Below are positions 1 to 5,776 of a stretch of 7,340 nucleotides of DNA, piece after piece. The DNA is taken from NCBI GenBank assembly GCA_009103225.1, contig RHPI01002262.1, positions 666,962-674,301 of the forward strand, in the 5' to 3' direction. The translations under genes were made by a program, and so were the position numbers. Each line of letters starts with the position of its first letter. The stretch's first letter is position 1. A model generated the notes under the pieces. The model saw only the letters and a program-made list of their open reading frames with translations. It was not told the origin of the DNA and ran no database searches. This stretch comes from Chlorokybus atmophyticus. Taxonomy: Eukaryota > Plantae > Mesostigma and Chlorokybus algae.

Positions 1-562
1 ACTCCGCAGCTTCTCTTTTGCGACTTGTGAGCTCCCGCAAGTAGAAATAGGCTGTGCATTTGCGAGATTGGTCATGCTGTTCATGTGCATGACACTGGAG
101 GTTGTGCATGAGGGTGTGCATGTGGTATTGACAATGTATGTCAAGTGCAAGATACTTGAGGCTGTGCATGTGCAAGATAAAAGAACCCTAGCATGTGGCA
201 TTGACAGTGCATCGTAACCCACCTTGGTTATGCCAGTCTTGTTTGGTCCTTTCAATCATGTCGCCGTGGTCGCAGCTGCTGGTGGGTCGGATTTTCTTAG
301 GAGCAGTATTGTGGTGTGCCTTTGCCCACTCGGAGGGGGAGCCCTGTAAGATATCGCCCGAGTCACTGTTGTCATTGGATGTGCCCTTGGTAGTCTTGGT
401 GGGGTTTGACACCGAGGACACCCCTTCGGCACCCTGCCCGCCCTGTGCGAACATGGAATTCATCCCCGGACCTCGACCAAAATGCCCACTACGCCCCTGG
501 TAGCGCCGCCAACGATCCTCCAAACGCCACATACCCTCGGCATCACGCCCCTGTAAGGGCAT
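1..562 (-). CDS. Unknown spliced gene X, copy 1 (exon 562-223, intron 222-52, exon 51-<1); 3' part outside the window
   Basis: ORF from ATG 562 (or ATG 463, MNSM) with coding-like codon use. Donor CAAG|GTGGGT at 222 and acceptor TGCACAG|CC at 52 give a phase-1 join that restores the frame (HNQ-A-YFYLRELTSRKREAAE). The start codon is uncertain. Confidence 0.7.
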
Positions 563-598
563 AGCCTGGCGGAGCTATCAATGGTGTTTTCATGCGCA
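1..598. repeat. Repeat unit X, copy 1 (left part outside the window), direct repeat of copy 2
   Basis: 1-55 is identical to 5161-5215. 262-598 matches 5441-5776 with 9 substitutions and one 1-bp indel by manual alignment (~97%). It ends in the same TTTCATGCGCA. Confidence 0.97.
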
Positions 599-639
599 GG
601 GGGACTGACATTGCCAGAGTTGTCAATGGTACAAACTGC

Positions 640-681
640 CATTGTACAAAGGTACCATTTCAATGGTACCTTTGTACAATG
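640..681. repeat. Perfect inverted repeat, 20-bp arms, 2-nt loop
   Basis: CATTGTACAAAGGTACCATT-TC-AATGGTACCTTTGTACAATG. Confidence 0.98.
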
Positions 682-732
682 CCTATACCTTTTGGCAAAG
701 GCATCTTCGTACCATTGAAACGGTTCAATCAG

Positions 733-1245
733 NNNNNNNNNNNNNNNNNNNNNNNNNNNNNNNNNNNNNNNNNNNNNNNNNNNNNNNNNNNNNNNNNNNN
801 NNNNNNNNNNNNNNNNNNNNNNNNNNNNNNNNNNNNNNNNNNNNNNNNNNNNNNNNNNNNNNNNNNNNNNNNNNNNNNNNNNNNNNNNNNNNNNNNNNNN
901 NNNNNNNNNNNNNNNNNNNNNNNNNNNNNNNNNNNNNNNNNNNNNNNNNNNNNNNNNNNNNNNNNNNNNNNNNNNNNNNNNNNNNNNNNNNNNNNNNNNN
1001 NNNNNNNNNNNNNNNNNNNNNNNNNNNNNNNNNNNNNNNNNNNNNNNNNNNNNNNNNNNNNNNNNNNNNNNNNNNNNNNNNNNNNNNNNNNNNNNNNNNN
1101 NNNNNNNNNNNNNNNNNNNNNNNNNNNNNNNNNNNNNNNNNNNNNNNNNNNNNNNNNNNNNNNNNNNNNNNNNNNNNNNNNNNNNNNNNNNNNNNNNNNN
1201 NNNNNNNNNNNNNNNNNNNNNNNNNNNNNNNNNNNNNNNNNNNNN
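733..1245. other. Assembly gap (513 N)
   Basis: Run of N; the length is only an estimate. Confidence 1.
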
Positions 1246-1496
1246 CATGTAACAGCACCACCGTCGCCGGTGATGCCCCTTCAATCCTCTACCCCAACAC
1301 CCACACCGCCTATGACAAGCCTTTCAACGGCGTGGCCGCCACTGAGCAGAGAACTGAAAGTCCCCACATCAGATTGATGTGACCTTTTATATCAAGAGTA
1401 TATCAACTATATGCCTCTCGATAATTAACTCACAACTAGACATCGACCCTACAGATAGGGTAGTTAGGAAATCTAGCGTGAGCCAATCACAGCTCA

Positions 1497-1554
1497 GATA
1501 AGGTACCTATCGATAAGGTACCTATCCAAAGATACCTATCGTAAGGTACCTAAC
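1497..1554. repeat. Tandem 15-mer GATAAGGTACCTATC x2 plus two degenerate copies
   Basis: 1497-1511 = 1512-1526 exactly; GATACCTATC at 1531 and GTAAGGTACCTAAC at 1541. Confidence 0.95.
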
Positions 1555-1977
1555 GAGATAGTGATCACATTATATCAAATGTGACACTAAATAGGCTTGA
1601 ATAAGCGGTTCTACACCCATTGGGACTTATTTAAGCTATGATAAAGCATCATAGCCTTTAATAAGCGAGGAACCGTAGAAAAGAGGTATAAATAAGCATA
1701 TTTGAATACTTATTCATACAAAATGTGTTATTTAGGTAGCAATAATACCCCTATTATTATTGCTCCCGTTACAGTGAAGTTATATTACAGTGCAATAAAG
1801 CCTTATTCGAAGCTGCGCAATTCAATAAGATTCGGGCCTACCATGGGCTGTGATAACAAAAGCTTTGTTTTGTCACCTTATGACCTTGAGGCGTTATTAT
1901 AAGCAAACGTATATAGCAATGCTATACCCAGTATCTACTAGCCTTGCCACATAAACATATCACGTTTGCTTATAATA

Positions 1978-2050
1978 GCAAACTTTACACGGTGACTGAC
2001 GAGACTGAGGGACTGTTGGATGCCTGACCCTATCTGACCCTAACGGACCC
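1978..2050 (+). repeat. Duplicated module, copy A, followed by a 10-bp-period GACCC array
   Basis: GCAAACTTTACACGGTGACTGAC (1978-2000) matches 4209-4231 at 22/23. GACTGAGGGACTG (2003-2015) = 4236-4248. GACCC occurs at 2026, 2036 and 2046. Confidence 0.9.
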
Positions 2051-2458
2051 AACGGCTTGGGCCACAAAGGGACCAATCAACTGCCGGTGCGTATTGTGGA
2101 CAATAAGCAATTGCCGATCGCCAATCGTACAGTACAGTGGACTGTTGCCTACCGGTGATGACGTGACATCAACATATTTTTACGGCCGACCGCCGGTCAT
2201 ACTGCTTCCGGCGACCTACCTGTAATAGCAAGTAAGTGTATATTCAGGCCCCTAATGGCGGCGGTCGATATTGGTGAGTCGGAGTTGACCCGCGGCCGGC
2301 CGTCGGCTGTACATAAGCCGCGACGACGACTTATGAACCTACATTGGCAAGCAAGTGACCACTCAATCTTAACTAAGTCTCTGCTAAGAGGGACGAGCGA
2401 TGGCGGCGAGTACCTGTCAGTCCGCTGAGTTATACTCGGCACACTTAATGGAACAATA

Positions 2459-2561
2459 GTACCATTGCGATGGTACAACAGTCCCATCAAAGTATCATAT
2501 ACGGTACTCATCATTCAATGGTACATCGGTGCTGTCGTACCATTTAGTGGTACGACTGTAC
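2459..2561. repeat. GTAC cluster with small hairpins
   Basis: Seven GTAC in 103 bp (2459, 2473, 2504, 2521, 2537, 2550, 2558). Inverted pairs: GTACCAT-tgcg-ATGGTAC (2459-2476) and GTCGTACCA-tttag-TGGTACGAC (2534-2556). Confidence 0.9.
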
Positions 2562-2641
2562 CATTGAACTTGAAGGCGTTGAGCGTTTGAAATGCAGCAG
2601 CGTTTCAAACGCTGAACGGTTTCATTTACAAGGACAGGAGT

Positions 2642-2712
2642 GCGGCGGCGGCAACGGCGGCGGCGGCGACGGCGGCGGTAGCGGCGGCGGTGGTGGCGGC
2701 GGCGGCGGCGGC
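2642..2712 (+). repeat. Imperfect (GGC)n microsatellite
   Basis: ~70 bp of GGC units with a few AAC/GAC/GGT/AGC interruptions. Confidence 0.95.
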
Positions 2713-2997
2713 ACGGTTGGTGAGTTTGTGTATATGCGTGTACACAGAGTAGTTGAGTTACATGTGCATGATGGCGTTATGTCAAGTGCAACAGCGCAAC
2801 CCGCCCTTCTTATAGGCCAGGCCAGGCCAAGCCAGGCGGCGGCATGGTAGGTGAGTTTCTGTGTATGTGTGTGTATGATGCCTTTGTGTTGACGCCCTTC
2901 TTGCCGACCAGGCCAGAGGAGGAGGAGCGGCGGCGCAGGCGCGGAGGAGTGGAAAGTGGAGGAGCGGCGGCTGAGTATAAGGGTAGAGTATATAGGG

Positions 2998-3018
2998 TAG
3001 TAGTAGTAGTAGTAGTAG
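2998..3018 (+). repeat. (TAG)7 microsatellite
   Basis: Seven perfect TAG units. Confidence 0.97.
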
Positions 3019-3180
3019 CTCGATGTAGTTTACATTGTAGCGTAGCAACATGTTACAATGTTTATTGTTATTATATTATATTTGTGAATCACTTAAGTTA
3101 TTATATAATATTATATATTTGGGACTAGCCGTCTCTCACAGTTGACGACAATCACATGCAGTGCCTGCTCGTGACTGAAT

Positions 3181-3359
3181 GGTACCGATAGGTATTGGGG
3201 ACAGTGACGTCAGGTACCTTGAAGGTACCATAAAGTACCTCAAAGGTACCTGATAGTTGGGTACCTTCGAGGTATAGTCGCCGGTACCGAACTGTTGGGT
3301 ACCGGTTAGTTAGGTCAAGTCCCCTTTGCTTGACTGATGGGTATTTAACAGGTACCTGT
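3181..3359. repeat. GGTACC cluster
   Basis: Eight GGTACC (3181, 3213, 3224, 3245, 3260, 3283, 3298, 3351) plus AGTACC at 3234. Includes GGTACCTT-g-AAGGTACC (3213-3229) and the palindrome ACAGGTACCTGT (3348-3359). Confidence 0.93.
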
Positions 3360-3663
3360 CAGTCTAAGTTAGTCCCTTTATTAAAACGGCCGCCGACTGA
3401 TGGTGACGGCCGTTATACTCAGGTCTCTGTATCGAGATTACAGGTGGACTAAGGTACGACAGTCTAAATGAGTATCCTCATGTGCACGGCCGTTGCCAAT
3501 ACTTCATCGGCCGGCAGGGGAAACAATTTGCGACGTTGTTGAAATGCGTTTTGCACAATGATGTATATTGCATGTTTTGAAGTTGTAACTTATACTACTT
3601 GAAGACAACAAATTGATTGGTGTTCATCGCGGAGTTGACGATGATGCCAATGGTAAAGAAAGT

Positions 3664-3690
3664 CATTGAAAGCATTGAATGCTTTCAATG
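3664..3690. repeat. Perfect inverted repeat, 13-bp arms, 1-nt centre
   Basis: CATTGAAAGCATT-G-AATGCTTTCAATG. Confidence 0.97.
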
Positions 3691-3804
3691 GTTTCAATCA
3701 AGTTAGTAATGAACAATGTTCAAACTCAATTAAACTAATTCTGCAGTCAAGTAACACGAGAGTGAAGCATTGCATGAAGCGTTTACAAACAAGTGATTCA
3801 CTCC

Positions 3805-4145
3805 GCGTGTGTGCGAGCGAGTGCGCGCGTTACATATACATGAGTGCGTGTTCACAAGCGCATTTTGTCGGCGCATGCCACACATGCATGCACGCCATCA
3901 TCACGCGCAATGGCATCTACCACTACATTGTTACATTCATGACCGCCATTCTATGTGCCTCAATTACCCCGAGCATATGCATGCACAACCCCCAACAACT
4001 ATTCATTGTTAAGCGGATGCTGTAACTTTTCCAAAATGCGTGTGCATGCGTGCGAATGCGTGTGAGAGCATGGTTGTGTGCAACAAATGCAACACGATGA
4101 TTGTGATGTTGTGCTTGTGTGTTGCTTGTGTGCTTGCATTGTGTT
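3805..4145. other. Low-complexity TG/CA/GC alternating purine-pyrimidine-rich tract
   Basis: Runs such as GCGTGTGTGCG, GTGCGCGCGT, CACACATGCATGCACGC and ATGCGTGTGCATGCGTGCG. Confidence 0.75.
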
Positions 4146-4208
4146 CAGTAACACAATACCATAACACAGCGACTGACGTGCCGGTACATGCGCCAATACG
4201 CGTACGTC

Positions 4209-4290
4209 GCAAATTTTACACGGTGACTGACTAAGGACTGAGGGACTGACTGGTGCCTGAGCCTGCCTGAGACTGCCTGTTGCTGCCTGA
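4209..4290 (+). repeat. Duplicated module, copy B, followed by a 10-bp-period TGCCTG array
   Basis: Matches 1978-2027. TGCCTG occurs at 4254, 4264, 4274 and 4284. Confidence 0.9.
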
Positions 4291-4767
4291 AATACTACTT
4301 TGGGACTGTTGGGTTTGCCGTTGGCTTAAGTGGACTGGCGCAGACGGCCGCGGGCCGAAAGTGGTTGTCAGTGGCACTAACCGGCCAGAAGTTGTCAACC
4401 AGTTACCCTTTGGTCGATGTGCACAGACGGCCGTTAGCCGGTAGTTACGGACAGCTGACAGCGATAGCCGGCAGTTTCTTTGCCGTTACACTGCTGTTAA
4501 TATGTGACCCTTGCCGTTTGACAAAAGTTGGCAATTCTTGCCGTAAGCCAACACTAACATGCCATGCAGCTTGTACAAACCTTGGACTGATTGTTTGGTC
4601 TTGCACCTAAAAGCCCACAATATATACAATGTACGGGCAGTGGTGAGAGTATGTCCACGTACAACTGAGCAGCCGACTTGCGCATGAAACTACCCTACAA
4701 CATTGAGTCTAGCTGTTGAACTCATGCGCAGCTTGTCAACCCGTGGTGCCTGCCTCAGAACTCCTCC

Positions 4768-5740
4768 TCAAACCCCCTCCTCCTGTTCCTCCTCCGACGA
4801 GTCTTCTGCTTCAACGCCGGAGTCATCTTCATCCGCTGCCTCGCTCGCTGACAGTACAGCGGCTACTTCGTCCTTCAGCTTGAATGTCAGCGCCTCGCCG
4901 TGCACGCGCATGCGCTTGATGGTCGCTTTGAGAGTGACCACCTGCATTTGGTAATGCTGTAAGAGTGGCGTGCTGCCATAGGCCTAGCCCATCAGCATAC
5001 ACACGCTTACCTCGTCCTCCGCTTTGTTGCACTCCGCCAGACAGACAGTCAGCCTGCCGCGCTGCTCTTGGTTCACTCTGACCAACATGGCAATCTGCAA
5101 GCATACTGCTTAATTACCGCTGGAAACATTAAACTAGGTCATAGATTACCCGTTCGTTTGACTCCGCAGCTTCTCTTTTGCGACTTGTGAGCTCCCGCAA
5201 GTAGAAATAGGCTGTNCAAAGCAACTTTCGTCTCCTGCAGGTGGTGCACCTGCCTGGCGGTGATGATGATATCATCAACATACACGAGCAGCCAGACCTT
5301 GTTGTCTGCATGGATGAAGAGCCCAGGGTCTGCAGAGGATGCGGTGAAGCCAAGTGCCTCCAGCTCCTTGGTGAGCTTGATGTGCCACATACGCGGTGCC
5401 TGTCGCAGCCCGTACAGTGCCTTGATCAGCTTGCACGCTNCGCCGTGGTCGCAGCTGCTGGTGGGTCGGATTTTCTTAGAGGCAGTATTGTGGTGTGCCT
5501 TTGCCCACTCGGAGGGGGAGCCCTGTAAGATATCGCCCGAGTCACTGTTGTCATTGTATTTGCCCTTGGTAGTCTTGGTGGGGTTTGACACCGAGGACAC
5601 CCCTCCGGCACCCTGCCCGTCCTGTGCAAACATGGAATTCATCCCGGACCTCGACCACAATGCCCACTACGCCCCTGGTAGCGCCGCCAACGATCCTCCA
5701 AACGCCACATACCCTCGGCATCACGCCCCTGTAAGGGCAT
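4768..5740 (-). pseudogene. Unknown spliced gene X, copy 2 (exons 5740-~5441 [rest lost in the N-bounded segment], 5211-5150, 5094-5011, 4956-4768); 1-bp frameshift near 5643
   Basis: Intron 5149-5095 (55 nt, GTAATC...TTGCAG) and intron 5010-4957 (54 nt, GTAAGC...TTACAG; alternative in-frame acceptor at 4942) are both phase 0, and each removes an in-frame stop. Spliced product: YFYLRELTSRKREAAESNER-IAMLVRVNQEQRGRLTVCLAECNKAEDE-HYQMQVVTLKATIKRMRVHGEALTFKLKDEVAAVLSASEAADEDDSGVEAEDSSEEEQEEGV*, with TGA at 4770-4768. CCCC>CCC versus copy 1 breaks the frame upstream of ATG 5642, so it is intact only if that ATG is the start. Confidence 0.7.
5217..5439 (-). mobile_element. Isolated copia reverse transcriptase (RVT_2-type) fragment flanked on both sides by single N
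   Basis: Translates as ACKLIKALYGLRQAPRMW...ADPGLF...LLVYVDDIII, containing the KALYGLRQAPR and YVDD motifs of copia RT. N at 5216 and at 5440 mark its exact boundaries. Its placement is probably an assembly artefact. Confidence 0.93.
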
Positions 5741-5776
5741 AGCTTGGCGGAGCTATCAATGGTGTTTTCATGCGCA

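Larger units (their letters stand above)
4679..5776. mobile_element. Repeat unit X, copy 2: ~1.1 kb, TG...CA ends, 11-bp terminal inverted repeat; candidate terminal repeat or TIR element
   Basis: Left end TGCGCATGAAA (4679-4689) is the exact reverse complement of right end TTTCATGCGCA (5766-5776), with further imperfect similarity (ACC...CATTGA...TAGCT). The right end coincides with the point where identity to copy 1 stops and copia begins. No target-site duplication flanks this single copy (CGACT / ATCTC). Confidence 0.6.

Noticed and set aside
195-503. Plus-strand 102-aa ORF with a hydrophobic, signal-like stretch (also 5260..5742)
   Set aside because: Antisense to the exon supported by splice-phase logic; its end differs between the copies because of the indel.
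599-625. Primer-binding site or polypurine tract next to the X repeats (also 4655-4678)
   Set aside because: No TGG-starting tRNA-complementary sequence or half-tRNA-iMet type PBS on either strand, and the purine-rich GGGGGA is on the wrong side for a PPT. A classical LTR call is therefore not supported.
460-1382. Long ORFs 460..1284, 592..1377, 642..1382 and 725..1261
   Set aside because: They are open only because they cross 513 Ns.
1996-2100. Hammerhead ribozyme (CTGACGA matches CUGANGA)
   Set aside because: No GAAA core or stem II follows within ~100 nt.
1702-2514. ORFs 1702..1902 and 2197..2514
   Set aside because: Short, non-ATG or motif-free, and lying in repeat-rich DNA.
2587-2850. 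Gly-rich 87-aa ORF
   Set aside because: Explained by the GGC microsatellite and starts at TTG; kept only as a weak splice-donor observation.
3181-3359. CRISPR-like array or cloning polylinker (many KpnI sites)
   Set aside because: The repeats are only 6-8 bp with short irregular spacers, there are no cas genes, and there is no series of different restriction sites or vector sequence.
3666-4234. His/Cys/Met-rich short ORFs (3666..4025, 3809..4012, 3999..4196, 4009..4212, 4040..4234)
   Set aside because: Their composition follows directly from CA/TG/ATGC low complexity; they overlap in several frames and show no motif.
4486-4490. TGTAA (green-algal polyadenylation signal) on the minus strand downstream of gene X
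   Set aside because: A 5-mer expected by chance, lying outside X, and the host taxon is unconfirmed.
4768-5094. Nucleoplasmin/NPL-type assignment for protein X based on the acidic tail
   Set aside because: The core looks helical and I cannot match the NPL beta-sandwich motifs; no family call is justified without a profile search.
5139-5660. 173-aa ORF joining gene X exon 1 to RT
   Set aside because: A chimera across two single-N junctions; most likely an assembly product.
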